Positions 18,312 through 27,925 of a stretch of 64,000 nt of DNA are shown one piece after another; positions within the stretch are counted from its first letter, which is position 1; every line of letters begins with the position of its first letter. The position numbers were made by a program, and so were the translations under genes. Below the pieces are notes generated by a model. It was not told where the DNA came from, did not search any database, and was given only the letters and a program-made list of their open reading frames with translations. The DNA is from a virus, in IMG/VR virus record IMGVR_UViG_3300026851_000001; one strand, written 5' to 3'.

Positions 18312-18320
18312 CGTCTCCCA

Positions 18321-19415
18321 TTATGCCACGTCGATCCACTCGGCGCCCCTGCTGTCCTTGTACAGGTCCGTCATCTTGGCTGACTTGTGCCCGAGCAGGG
18401 CCTGGGCATTGCGCCCCTCTGCCGCGTGCAGGCGTGCGGCCAGGGACCGCATCTCATGGAAGGTCGGCGGGTTGTCCGTCACCACGATGTCACCGGCCTT
18501 GACCGCAGCGTCTCGCGCCTCGGCAAACTTCCTGCTGATCGTATCGAGCATGATCGGGCTGCCGGCCTTGGCTTTGCTCACCGTGCGGGCGTGGTGCACC
18601 AGATGCTTCGACACCACGTTGTCACGGCACAGCTTGATCACGCCGGCCAGATCAAGGCCGATGCACTGCAGGCCTATCGACGTGCTCAGGCGCAGCCGCT
18701 GCTTGGTCTTGTGCTGGATGACAAGCAGATGCCCGTCCTGCTCATCCCTGAACAGCATGGATGCGATATCCTCCCGCCGCTGACCTGTGATCAAGGCCAG
18801 CTCCATCGCACGTTTCAGCCAGGCTGTCCCTGCCCTGGCATGAATCGCCCGCCACATCTCGAGAGTCAGGCGCTCGCGCTTGACCTTGATCCTCGCCGCC
18901 TTGGTCACTTCGACCGGGTTCGCTGCGGTCCAGCCGGCCGCTATCGCCTCCATGAACACATCGCGCAGCAGTGAGCGCATTGCGCGGCTCATCTGCGACC
19001 TGCCAGCCTTGACCATGGCGCCCAGGTAGTCGGCAACCATGATCGTGGTGACGGCGTTGATGTCGTGCTTCCCGAACTCAGCATCAAGCCGCTTTATCCG
19101 CATGCGCAGATTGCGCTTGGTGTTGTCCTCGATCTCGCGCTCTTCGATGATCCGGCCGTACTCGGCCAGCCACTTGCTGAATAGGCGCGCCGCTGGCCTC
19201 TCCATGCGCTCACGCAGGGTAGGCCCGGCCGGCAGTAGCTGGTTCTCTGCATTCGCAGTGGCCACCGCAAGGGCTTTGTCTTTGCCGAGCCCGAAAAACT
19301 GCCCTGTCACCGGATCTTTGTAGCTGTAGTAGATGACGCCGTTGCGGCTGTCCTTCTTGCGGTACAGGTTAGGCGGCAGGTCTTTCGATCCGTGATTCCT
19401 TGGTCGCGGCGCCAT
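18321..19415 (-). CDS. int: Tyrosine integrase (lambda Int type with arm-binding domain)
   Basis: TGQRREDI (R), K, HEMR (HxxR), LGH and terminal Y (DLYKD). Confidence 0.95.
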   Translation of the reverse strand: MAPRPRNHGSKDLPPNLYRKKDSRNGVIYYSYKDPVTGQFFGLGKDKALAVATANAENQLLPAGPTLRERMERPAARLFSKWLAEYGRIIEEREIEDNTKRNLRMRIKRLDAEFGKHDINAVTTIMVADYLGAMVKAGRSQMSRAMRSLLRDVFMEAIAAGWTAANPVEVTKAARIKVKRERLTLEMWRAIHARAGTAWLKRAMELALITGQRREDIASMLFRDEQDGHLLVIQHKTKQRLRLSTSIGLQCIGLDLAGVIKLCRDNVVSKHLVHHARTVSKAKAGSPIMLDTISRKFAEARDAAVKAGDIVVTDNPPTFHEMRSLAARLHAAEGRNAQALLGHKSAKMTDLYKDSRGAEWIDVA

Positions 19416-19638
19416 AGCGTGCCCTCATGATTCGACTGTGAAGCGAGCCGTCATCCGGCAGCTCTACCGGCACCTCAGGTTCGCAGTATCGGGCGTGCTC
19501 GTCCACCCGGTAGCAGCGGCCGACCTTCTGCGCGGGCGGGTCGAAGCGGTTCGTCCTGGCCCACATGCGCAGGGTTGCGGGAGACGGAACCGGGTCAAGG
19601 TGCGCCTCCGCCCACTTCTCAAGCGTGATCAGTTTCAT
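19369..19638 (-). CDS. xis: Excisionase
   Basis: MKLITLEKWA...TLRMWAR...PPAQKVGRCYRV; overlaps the int start. Confidence 0.85.
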   Translation of the reverse strand: MKLITLEKWAEAHLDPVPSPATLRMWARTNRFDPPAQKVGRCYRVDEHARYCEPEVPVELPDDGSLHSRIMRARYGAATKESRIERPAA

Positions 19639-20237
19639 GCGGCCACCTGCTCGGCTATCAGCCGATCCCATGCGGGCTTGTCTTCAGCGTTGACGTGCCA
19701 TTCGAGCTTCCCGCCTTCTTTCTCTGTCACGCCGCCACCGTACTTGGCGCCCTCAAACGAGAACTCGGCGCTGTTGTAGATCCATGGGTAGTCTGCGCGG
19801 AAGAGCGTGAACGTCAGGTAAGGGCGTTCGGTTTGCACTTTGGTCTTGAAGGCTTCGCCGCTTGCCTTGCGCTGGGCAATATCCTGTTCGCGAGCCTCCT
19901 TGCATCCAGGCCCACAGTACGCGTGCACGCCCTCGAAGATCGGCGCTTGCGGGTTGCCGTCTTCATCCTCGGCGGTGTCGCCGTAGATCACTGTTTCGCA
20001 GTAATCGCAGGTCTGCGAGTAGCCGTTATCAATCCAGGCTTGAGAAGGTATCTTGCCGGTGCTCTGGTACTGATCGGCCCATGGCGCGCGGCGGCAACTT
20101 TCGATGCATTCAAACTCGGTGTCGTGCTCGTTGGCGCCCAGGCGCCTGGCTGCGATACCGCTGCTTGCGAAGACGATCACCGTCATGGCCTCGGATCGCT
20201 CCGTGACCGCATATGCCTTCAATGGTTTATCGGACAC
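19635..20237 (-). CDS. Hypothetical protein (Cys motifs)
   Basis: 200 aa; ATGA coupling to xis. Confidence 0.7.
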   Translation of the reverse strand: MSDKPLKAYAVTERSEAMTVIVFASSGIAARRLGANEHDTEFECIESCRRAPWADQYQSTGKIPSQAWIDNGYSQTCDYCETVIYGDTAEDEDGNPQAPIFEGVHAYCGPGCKEAREQDIAQRKASGEAFKTKVQTERPYLTFTLFRADYPWIYNSAEFSFEGAKYGGGVTEKEGGKLEWHVNAEDKPAWDRLIAEQVAA

Positions 20238-20292
20238 AGCAAATCCTCCCGCCCTATGTGGGCAGATAGAAAAGGGGATGGGGTGGGGTAGA

Positions 20293-21123
20293 TCAGGACT
20301 GGCGTTGCGCCTGGCGGTGGGCGGCGAGGGCTGGGGTCAGTCGGTAGCACTCAGCCGGGAAACCGTACTCTGCGCATGAACAGTGCTCGCCGCACGATTC
20401 CTCGCGCCGCTCCACTACCAGTAGCCCGTGACGAACGCCGGCTTCCTGAATGTCTCCACCGTCGAAGCTGCCGCCTTCCAAGGCGCCGTCGATCAGCTCC
20501 AGAGCGAAGGACGCCATCCCCCGCACGTCAGGGCCTGGCTGAGGGGTTGAGAACGCAAGTTCAACTCGCACATCCTTCATCGCTTGGCCGCACAGATCAA
20601 CGAAGTTTTCTGGTGGCGGCCCGTCATGCCAATCGGTCATGACTTCGCCAATGCCATTGATCAGCCGATGCGCCACCGCCTCCTGCCGCTCTCCCTGCTC
20701 GAACATTTTCTCGGAGTCACGCAAATGGCCTTGCACTTCCGGCGCCGGGGTGGCGGTGAACACGCGCTGATTCGGCGCAACGTCCTCGCGCAACTTCATG
20801 CTGGCCAGCACTGTGCTCAGCGGGCATCCGCGCTTGATGGTCGTTGCGGGAGGAAGCATCACATCGCACGGAATGCGCTGCTCCAGCAATCCCCGCGCCG
20901 CCTCCAGCTCCGAAACTACCATCTTTACACGTAATGGAATGTCGGCATGGTTGTACCGAGTTAGGGCTGGTTCAGGCCCTCGCAATGCGATAGCCGCCTG
21001 ACTGAGAAGGTCAGACTGCCGATTGCACAGGGCGTCAAGTTCTTCGATCTCAGCCCGCAACGCCTCGGCCTCTGCGCGCAGGGCGTCGTATTCTTCGCCG
21101 GTCATCGTGATAGTTCCGCTCAT
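20293..21123 (-). CDS. Hypothetical mosaic early protein (Ead/Ea22-like)
   Basis: 276 aa; N-terminal coiled-coil; in operon. Confidence 0.65.
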   Translation of the reverse strand: MSGTITMTGEEYDALRAEAEALRAEIEELDALCNRQSDLLSQAAIALRGPEPALTRYNHADIPLRVKMVVSELEAARGLLEQRIPCDVMLPPATTIKRGCPLSTVLASMKLREDVAPNQRVFTATPAPEVQGHLRDSEKMFEQGERQEAVAHRLINGIGEVMTDWHDGPPPENFVDLCGQAMKDVRVELAFSTPQPGPDVRGMASFALELIDGALEGGSFDGGDIQEAGVRHGLLVVERREESCGEHCSCAEYGFPAECYRLTPALAAHRQAQRQS

Positions 21124-21464
21124 AGCGCTACTCTCGCAATATCCGCGTCATCGCGCGGCTCGTATTTGTCCTCAAGCTCAGTCACACGCGCCCATGCGCG
21201 CGCTTCTGATGCCAAGGCATCACGGAGCTTCTGATCAAGCTCAGCGACTTTTCTGCTTTCTTCAGTGCTACGAAACGCACACTCAACGCAGCGGCCTGTT
21301 GCGGTGTATCGGACACTTTCGCCGCACGTCTCGCACTCTTTCCCCGTGAACTTTTTGGCCCCGTTAATCCGGGCGAGTTCTTGCTCAAGGATTGCGATAG
21401 CTTGCGATAAGCGGTCTGCAGTCGACCTCACTTGCTCACTCATCTTGACCTCCTTCGCGCTCAA
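21120..21464 (-). CDS. Hypothetical protein with CxxC...CxxC
   Basis: GKECETCG...RCVEC; coupled to neighbours. Confidence 0.65.
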   Translation of the reverse strand: MSAKEVKMSEQVRSTADRLSQAIAILEQELARINGAKKFTGKECETCGESVRYTATGRCVECAFRSTEESRKVAELDQKLRDALASEARAWARVTELEDKYEPRDDADIARVAL

Positions 21465-21709
21465 TAAATGAAGTCGTATTCATCAAAACATGGCCCGCAA
21501 AGCGGTCGCTGCTGGTGCTGAATAGCGTTGTGCGTGTCCTTCTTGACCCAGCGCGACTTCTTCACGAACACACCGCAATCCCGGCAGCGCGTGTGGTAGT
21601 CGTCGGCCTTACGCGACGCAAAGCTGGCGTCAAAGCGGGCCTCTTCAGCCGCCCACTCTGCATGGCGCTGGGCGTCCGTCTTTCCGTCCGGTCCGATCTG
21701 TTCAGCCAT
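21461..21709 (-). CDS. Hypothetical zinc-binding protein
   Basis: CRDCG...CGPC. Confidence 0.6.
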   Translation of the reverse strand: MAEQIGPDGKTDAQRHAEWAAEEARFDASFASRKADDYHTRCRDCGVFVKKSRWVKKDTHNAIQHQQRPLCGPCFDEYDFIY

Positions 21710-21936
21710 CACACCTCTCCTTCTTCGGTGGCAGCGGTGGGGCTGTGCCACTTGGCCTTGTATTCGGCGATGAAATCGGCGGGGAACTCAGAAACCCATC
21801 CGCACTCAGGGCATTTGAATTGATCGCCTGTCCAGCGCGTGCGCGGCATGCTGCATGCAGATGTCGCTGCCATTGCGCCTCCGCAGTACGGCGAGTAGCC
21901 AGCGCGCGTCATCAGGTTATTACGGACGATGCTCAT
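21709..21936 (-). CDS. Hypothetical protein
   Basis: YSPYCG...FKCPECGW; coupled. Confidence 0.6.
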   Translation of the reverse strand: MSIVRNNLMTRAGYSPYCGGAMAATSACSMPRTRWTGDQFKCPECGWVSEFPADFIAEYKAKWHSPTAATEEGEV

Positions 21937-22313
21937 ACCTTCCCACCCTCCGCATGGCTGGCTTTCGTGCGCTCGTAGTCGGCGGCCAACATCAGCAGGT
22001 TTCGAGTGGTCGCTTTGAATGAGCTGGTGTCCGGGTATCCATGAAACTCGTGACCCTCCGGGTAGTCTGGGAAGTCGCCGTGCCATTCCCAGGCCCAGTA
22101 GCTATGGCCAGTCCATGCAGCCCATACCGTGTAGGCGTCCTGCCCTTCACCCCAGTAATCAACGCCACCACCTACGCAGAGGCAGTGTGAGACGCTGACG
22201 CCCTGATCCCATGCAGAATCCATCTTGTCGCGGTCAACCCATGCGTCGCCGAACAATGATGGAGCGATCTCGGTCAGCCGCTTGCTCAACTTCTTCTCGA
22301 TGCGTGGCTTCAT
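21933..22313 (-). CDS. Hypothetical protein
   Basis: 126 aa; coupled. Confidence 0.65.
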   Translation of the reverse strand: MKPRIEKKLSKRLTEIAPSLFGDAWVDRDKMDSAWDQGVSVSHCLCVGGGVDYWGEGQDAYTVWAAWTGHSYWAWEWHGDFPDYPEGHEFHGYPDTSSFKATTRNLLMLAADYERTKASHAEGGKV

Positions 22314-23524
22314 GCTTCACCCCGCCCATGGCTTGCGAGAAGGGCGCGGTCGATAGCCTCACGTTTGATCTCCAGCGCCTCGTGTGAGCCATTCTCCCAC
22401 TTGCCGCTGTAGCGAACGCAGGGATGGCGTTTTTCACCCATGAATCCTTCTTCGACATAGACTTCGAAGTTGTCATGAGGCAAACGCTCGCAGATGACCT
22501 TGCGGTTCTTTTGCAGCATGAAGTTGAGACGCGCAGTGTCAGGCACGCTCACCTGATCGGACGCGGACTGCTGGGCGGAAAGGGCGGCGACGATTCGCTC
22601 GTGCTGGGCGACGGTCATTAGGCTGTGCGCCTCAAGGCTCGGATTCCCCTCGTAAATATGCGTGCGCCGGAAAATGTACCCGTGGTCTACGTGGAAGAAT
22701 CTGTAACCAACAACCTCCACCTCTTCCACAGCCGATCCAGCAGTCAGCAGGGAGGGGGCTTGTGCGTACAGAAGCGTCCCTGGCTGCATGTACTGCAGCC
22801 CCTTGTTCAGCCACTTAATCGAATTTGCAGGGTCATAGCCGGCGTATTCGATCACGGCCACCGGTTGAGCGGACGGCATTGATGGTTCGCCGAATCGAGT
22901 TTCGCCCTGCGCCTCAAGCGTCAGATGGTCGATGATCTGTTCTTGACGCCGAGCCTTCTGCTCAGCTTCCAGCGCGCGACGCTTCCAGATGGCCAGATCC
23001 TCGCGGGCGCCAACGTAGGCGTCGGCCATGTCCACCCGCTCAGCCTTGACGGTTGGGGCGGAGGCGAGCGCTCCTTGATACGCCAATTGCATGTAGGTTG
23101 GCACCACATCAGCGTCGTACCCATGAGCCGATTTGATCATCGAAGCCAGCATCTGCGGCGTAGGCTCAACCGGCACCAGCGCATACCCATCCGGCACACC
23201 CACCTGCAGGCTGGCGCCGTTCATGCGCGCTTCGATCATCTGCCAAACGATGGGATGCTCAGGCCAATCGCTCTCAACCACCACGCATTCCATGGTTGGC
23301 ATCAGCTGTGCGACTTCGTCCAGTGCCGGCTTCAGCCTGTACTGCAAGTCGTTCGGTAGGTTTGCCAGGTGCTTCCGCTTAAGGACTATGTACCGGTCTT
23401 CGCGGACGAACGCCGCCCGCTCCGCATCAATCTTGCTCTGCTCGCCCATAGCCGCGTTCTCCTGCTCCAGTTCGTCGTCTTCGAGGATTTCGATAGCGCG
23501 CCCTGCGTCCAATTCGTTGGTCAT
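22310..23524 (-). CDS. Hypothetical mosaic early protein
   Basis: 404 aa with EDRYIVLKRK...CVVVESDWPE and YALVPVEPT segments common in lambdoid early genes. Confidence 0.7.
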   Translation of the reverse strand: MTNELDAGRAIEILEDDELEQENAAMGEQSKIDAERAAFVREDRYIVLKRKHLANLPNDLQYRLKPALDEVAQLMPTMECVVVESDWPEHPIVWQMIEARMNGASLQVGVPDGYALVPVEPTPQMLASMIKSAHGYDADVVPTYMQLAYQGALASAPTVKAERVDMADAYVGAREDLAIWKRRALEAEQKARRQEQIIDHLTLEAQGETRFGEPSMPSAQPVAVIEYAGYDPANSIKWLNKGLQYMQPGTLLYAQAPSLLTAGSAVEEVEVVGYRFFHVDHGYIFRRTHIYEGNPSLEAHSLMTVAQHERIVAALSAQQSASDQVSVPDTARLNFMLQKNRKVICERLPHDNFEVYVEEGFMGEKRHPCVRYSGKWENGSHEALEIKREAIDRALLASHGRGEA

Positions 23525-23748
23525 GGCTGCTTACTCCTGTTATTCGCCAGAAACTTGGTGATGGTCTGGCTCAGCTGTTGGGCGCCGATGCTGTTGCAGC
23601 GGCTGACGTAGGGTTTGGCCTGTTCAAGCAGGGCCATGGCTTCGGCGTAGAACCGCGCAGCGTTTGCTTGGGCTTGGTAGTGGGATAGGGTGTCTGGCAC
23701 CTGAGCATTGATCCTGCGCACCGTGGCGCTCTGTTCCATGCCGTTCAT
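23521..23748 (-). CDS. Hypothetical protein
   Basis: ATGA overlaps at both ends. Confidence 0.55.
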   Translation of the reverse strand: MNGMEQSATVRRINAQVPDTLSHYQAQANAARFYAEAMALLEQAKPYVSRCNSIGAQQLSQTITKFLANNRSKQP

Positions 23749-23921
23749 GGCAGTAGCTCCATATCCCTGTCGTTGAAACCTGCGCACCACAGGCAGCGCT
23801 CGAACAGTCGAGCAATTCCAAATGGGCACGATGAATACGGCGCGCCGGCTTCCCGCGCCTTTCTGCCGGCGCGGTAATGCGCCGAGTTCTCCGGAAATCC
23901 GGGATCGGTGTAGTTGGTCAC
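23745..23921 (-). CDS. Rmf/CrpP-fold-like small protein, 58 aa (absent from ORF track)
   Basis: GGAG SD with GTG start; MTNYTDPGFPENSAHYRAGRKAREAGAPYSSCPFGIARLFERCLWCAGFNDRDMELLP. Confidence 0.6.
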   Translation of the reverse strand: MTNYTDPGFPENSAHYRAGRKAREAGAPYSSCPFGIARLFERCLWCAGFNDRDMELLP

Positions 23922-24024
23922 GGGAAACTCCAGGCGGCGGGCGCCGCTGGTTAGCTAGAGGGCGGTTTGCAGCGCAGACACCCACACGGCACGGGCGCCC
24001 AGGATGTGCGGCAGTAGATGGTCA

Positions 24025-24213
24025 TTACGCAGCCCCGGCCATGGCCAGGTCGTCGTCGATATCGCTGATGTGCTGCCGCAGGTTGGCGATGGTGTTCTCT
24101 GCGCGCTTGCGGGTTACGGCGTCCATCTTGTTCAGCTTCATCTTGAGAATGCGGATGCTGTTGGTCAGGTGGGTGCGCTCGCTGCGCAGTTCTTCAGTGG
24201 TCATGAAGGCCAT
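24025..24213 (-). CDS. Hypothetical helical protein
   Basis: 62 aa amphipathic helices, downstream of ssb. Confidence 0.6.
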   Translation of the reverse strand: MAFMTTEELRSERTHLTNSIRILKMKLNKMDAVTRKRAENTIANLRQHISDIDDDLAMAGAA

Positions 24214-24223
24214 TGCTGAGTCC

Positions 24224-24688
24224 TCAGAACGGGATATCGTCATCAAAGCTGTCGTAGTCAGGCGCAGGTTGCTGGCTCTGTTGTGGCTGCGGCGTCTGGG
24301 CAGGCCGGCTCTGCTGTGAGTTACGCGCCGCCTGTTGCTGGCCTTCTGGCTTGCCGCCCAGCAGCTGCATGGTGCCGCGCATGTCCACGATGATTTCCGT
24401 GGTGTAGCGCTTGATGCCATCCTTCTCCCATTCGCGGGTCTGGAGCTTGCCTTCGATGTAGACCTGAGATCCTTTGCGCAGGTACTCGCCGGCTATTTCG
24501 GCGACCTTGCCGAACAGGCAGACGCGGTGCCATTCGGTCTTCTCGACCTTCTGGCCGGACTGCTTATCGGTCCAGTTCTCACTGGTGGCCACGCTGATGT
24601 TGGTGACTGCGTTGCCGTTCGGCAGGTGGCGCGTTTCCGGGTCCTGTCCGCAGGTACCTACGATGATGACCTTGTTAATGCCTTTCAT
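24224..24688 (-). CDS. ssb: Single-stranded DNA-binding protein
   Basis: [19 protein letters not shown] and acidic DDDIPF tail. Confidence 0.97.
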   Translation of the reverse strand: MKGINKVIIVGTCGQDPETRHLPNGNAVTNISVATSENWTDKQSGQKVEKTEWHRVCLFGKVAEIAGEYLRKGSQVYIEGKLQTREWEKDGIKRYTTEIIVDMRGTMQLLGGKPEGQQQAARNSQQSRPAQTPQPQQSQQPAPDYDSFDDDIPF

Positions 24689-24801
24689 GCTGTTCTCTCC
24701 GAATTAGTAGGCCCTGATCGCCGCGGCGGGCCAGTCCAGCTCGTTATCCGGCGCGGCTCCAAGCTTTGCCGGTGGCGCCCCGTGTCGTGGTGGCGGGGTT
24801 C

Positions 24802-25419
24802 TTAGGCGGCGAGCACCTTTTCCATGCGCGCCTCCATGATTTCGTGGAAGGTCTTGACCTTGGTTGCCAGCTTGCGGATATACGGCTCGTCCCTGTATTC
24901 GCGGACAAGGCAAAGCGGCATGCCTGGCCAGTGGGCGAGAAAGTCGATCCACTCCAGCTCGCCGACCCATAGGCCGCCCTGGCATTGCGCCTTGTGCTCC
25001 TTGGGCACTGAGTTATCCAGAATCGCCTGTATCAGCTTCTCCGGGATCTTGGTCTTGACCTCAATCGCGCCGCCATCCGGCAGGCCGTCTGGGGAATAGC
25101 CAATGCCGTGGTTCAGGATGATTCCGACCTGCTCGATAGATTCGGGGGCGATATCTCGGCGCAGGCAGTACAGCTGTCGCACCTTTGGCTCCAAGGCGTG
25201 GCCGCGCTCGCTTGACTTGTTGCCGCGCCATGGCTCGGCCTCAGCGCCGGTGATGCGCTCGCCTATCAGGCGGTCCATGTAGGTGAACGCGCCGACTCCA
25301 AAGCCGCCTTCGCCCTTGCCGTCGACCATTAGCACGTCCAGCTCGGAACAGGTCACGATTCCGAGTCTCAATTTCAGCCATGCTTCGGACCCTTGTTCGA
25401 TTTCCCGAATGATCTGCAT
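24802..25419 (-). CDS. YqaJ/lambda-type exonuclease
   Basis: QGSEAWLKLRLG, SPDGL, IEVK and QCQGGLW motifs. Confidence 0.9.
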   Translation of the reverse strand: MQIIREIEQGSEAWLKLRLGIVTCSELDVLMVDGKGEGGFGVGAFTYMDRLIGERITGAEAEPWRGNKSSERGHALEPKVRQLYCLRRDIAPESIEQVGIILNHGIGYSPDGLPDGGAIEVKTKIPEKLIQAILDNSVPKEHKAQCQGGLWVGELEWIDFLAHWPGMPLCLVREYRDEPYIRKLATKVKTFHEIMEARMEKVLAA

Positions 25420-25422
25420 GGG

Positions 25423-26151
25423 TCACCCCGCTTGGTTCTGGTCTGCAGACTTCTTGAGCATCGCCAGCACGCGGTCGAAGTCATCCTTGGTTACCTGCTC
25501 GGGCGTGCCGTGGATGGAAGCGAAAGCCGTTTGCGCCTTCTCGCTGCACTTTTCCAGCAACGACTTCAGCTGCTTGGCCTGGGCGTCAGTGATCGGGGAA
25601 GGAGCTACTGCGGCGAACGCATCGTCATCTTCGCCGTGGGTAGTGAAGTTGAGCAGTGCGCCCGCCGTGTAGCGCTTGCCGTAGCTGACAGAGCTGGCAA
25701 CGGCCTGGACGGCGTTCTTGTTGCCGCTGGTATCTGCTGGAAGCAGGATCGATGTGCGCTCACTGTGGCCGGCGCGGTGGCTCAGGACGCCTTCTACCTC
25801 GACGCCTTTGTCGTTGCGGGGGATGCGGAAGGACAGGGCAAACCCATGCTTGGCCAGGATCGGTTTCAGCGCCTCGTTGATGTCTTCCCACAGCGCGTAG
25901 GTGTATCGGTTGGCGGCGTCGCCACGCTCGGCGATGGAGGGCAATTCCTGCTGCATGGCGGCCAGTGCTTCGGCGTACTGCTGCTCAGCCTGGCGCGACT
26001 GGAAGCGCTCATGCATCTGCATCAGGCGCTCCATCTTCTCGATGTCGCACTGCGGGTCAGCCGCTGCGCGCTGGATGACCTGCAGGATGGTTGCCGATTC
26101 GGCTTGGGCGACTACCGCCGATTCTTGGCGTTCTGCGATTGCTGTGCTCAT
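25423..26151 (-). CDS. erf: ERF-family ssDNA annealing protein
   Basis: QAVASSVSYGKRYTAGALLNFTTHGEDDDA. Confidence 0.9.
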   Translation of the reverse strand: MSTAIAERQESAVVAQAESATILQVIQRAAADPQCDIEKMERLMQMHERFQSRQAEQQYAEALAAMQQELPSIAERGDAANRYTYALWEDINEALKPILAKHGFALSFRIPRNDKGVEVEGVLSHRAGHSERTSILLPADTSGNKNAVQAVASSVSYGKRYTAGALLNFTTHGEDDDAFAAVAPSPITDAQAKQLKSLLEKCSEKAQTAFASIHGTPEQVTKDDFDRVLAMLKKSADQNQAG

Positions 26152-26158
26152 GCGAACC

Positions 26159-27223
26159 TCAGTAGCTGATGTGGATGTGCGGAATGCAGCGCTTGGCGAT
26201 CAGGGTGATTGCCTGCTTGGCGCATTCCTCGGGCATGCCACCGGCAATGAGCGCTGCCAGGGCTTCGTTGTTGATGGCTTTCTGGTGGGCCTTGTTGGCT
26301 TCGCGGGCGGCGGCTTCACGCTCAATGCGGGCTTGCTCGTCGGCTTGGCGCTGACGTTCGGCTGCTGCGGCTGCATCGGCTCGGGCCTGGGCGTCACGCT
26401 CTGCCTGCTCGGCGCGCTGCTTGGCTTCCACGGCTTCGCGTTCGGCACGCTCGGCGGCCAGCTTCAGCTCCAGTTCACGGCGCTCGGCTGCGGCCTTGGC
26501 CTCTGCTTCACGGCGGGCGGCTGCGTCGCGTTCTTCCTGGGCGCGGCGTTCGGCTGCCAGGCGCTCGGCCTCGGCTGCTTCGCGGGCAATGCGCTCCTCG
26601 CGCTCTTTCTGCTCGCGTGCTGCGGCCTCAGCGCGCAGGCGCTCCAGTTCGGCCTGCTCGGCTTCGTACTGCTGACGCTTGGCCAGAGCTTCGCGCAGGG
26701 TTGCCAGCGATGCAGACTTGATGCGGTGCGCCTCGGCTTCGAACTCTTCCCAGGCCTCGCCGATAGTGATTTCCTCCAGATTGTCGATCTGCACCTGAAT
26801 GCCAGCGGCGGTCAGGCCGTCTACCACCACGAAGTCGCGCAGTTGTTGAACGCGTGACTCCAGCATTTCGACCCGCGCCTTCTCAGCCTCTTCCCACTCC
26901 GTCAGCGGCCGGCGAACTTCGTCCTGCCAGGAATCAAGCAGATCGCGCATGCGCTTGCGCTCGGCGTCGATCTTCTTCGGGACTTCCTTCAGCTCGGCGA
27001 CCAGTTCCTTGCCTACGTTGTCCAGGGCCGTCTTGGAGCGGGCGACCTTGTAGGCGATGGAAGCGATTGCCTCGCGCCCCTTGCGGGTGCTCACGTCAGG
27101 CGTGAAGCCGTCGATCTCTTCGCGGATCTTGGCCAGGAACGGGTCAAGGCCATTGGCAGCCGAGTAGACCTGCAGGGCGGTTTCTTTCGGCGGCAGTGCG
27201 ACGATTTGGTTATCTGCGGACAT
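26159..27223 (-). CDS. Long coiled-coil protein of the recombination module
   Basis: KGREAIASIAYKVARSKT; Ala/Glu/Arg-rich C-terminal half. Confidence 0.8.
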   Translation of the reverse strand: MSADNQIVALPPKETALQVYSAANGLDPFLAKIREEIDGFTPDVSTRKGREAIASIAYKVARSKTALDNVGKELVAELKEVPKKIDAERKRMRDLLDSWQDEVRRPLTEWEEAEKARVEMLESRVQQLRDFVVVDGLTAAGIQVQIDNLEEITIGEAWEEFEAEAHRIKSASLATLREALAKRQQYEAEQAELERLRAEAAAREQKEREERIAREAAEAERLAAERRAQEERDAAARREAEAKAAAERRELELKLAAERAEREAVEAKQRAEQAERDAQARADAAAAAERQRQADEQARIEREAAAREANKAHQKAINNEALAALIAGGMPEECAKQAITLIAKRCIPHIHISY

Positions 27224-27274
27224 AGCTTCGCCCTCCAGGGCGCTGGTGATGTTGGGGGAGAGGGTGGTGCTGGC

Positions 27275-27520
27275 TTACTTGCGGTTGGCTTCTTTCGAGA
27301 AGTACCGGTGCCAGATATCGGGATGATCGGCGCGCATCATGTCTACGCGCCGTTGCAGGACGCTCAATGCCGTGCGCTGGGCGTCACGGATAAGCGGCTT
27401 GCTCTCATGCATCAGTCGCTGACTGATCCACTGTTCTTGAGTTGCGCACTTGATGCGCAGCTTTCGGAGTTCTTCGCGCTCGTCGGCTGACAGCGGAAGA
27501 AGGTTTGATAGGAATCCCAT
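27275..27520 (-). CDS. Hypothetical protein
   Basis: GGAG SD; 81 aa. Confidence 0.6.
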   Translation of the reverse strand: MGFLSNLLPLSADEREELRKLRIKCATQEQWISQRLMHESKPLIRDAQRTALSVLQRRVDMMRADHPDIWHRYFSKEANRK

Positions 27521-27667
27521 TGGCGACTCCAGTGTTGTGATGTGAATAGGGTGGCGATGGCAGCTCGCTACGCTGCGTGGTCGGAAAACGGCCTACTGAG
27601 GTGTCAATCAGACCAGCTTCAGCCGCCCGCTTCGCTAGAAGCCCTGCATCCCCGTAAACGGCGCCGG

Positions 27668-27925
27668 CTAGTCTTGCGGGGGAGTGATTGGCTTCCAGTG
27701 AGTGGTTACCGGGCGCTCTACGTGGCCAGGGCCGTCAGCGCACGTCTCAATGTGCTGGCAGGAGTCTTCGGCGATGATCCAAAATCCGCCGTCTTCGTTT
27801 CCTTCGTCTTGCTCCCATCTGTCGAAGTCGGCTGCGAACTGATCCCAGCCGTTCCACTTTCGCCAGACCAGCACTTCCGCATTGGTTTCGGGCATCCGCT
27901 CGCTACATTTGATCCAGTTATCCAT
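27668..27925 (-). CDS. DUF551-like protein
   Basis: WIKCSERMPE...VTTHWKPI. Confidence 0.75.
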   Translation of the reverse strand: MDNWIKCSERMPETNAEVLVWRKWNGWDQFAADFDRWEQDEGNEDGGFWIIAEDSCQHIETCADGPGHVERPVTTHWKPITPPQD

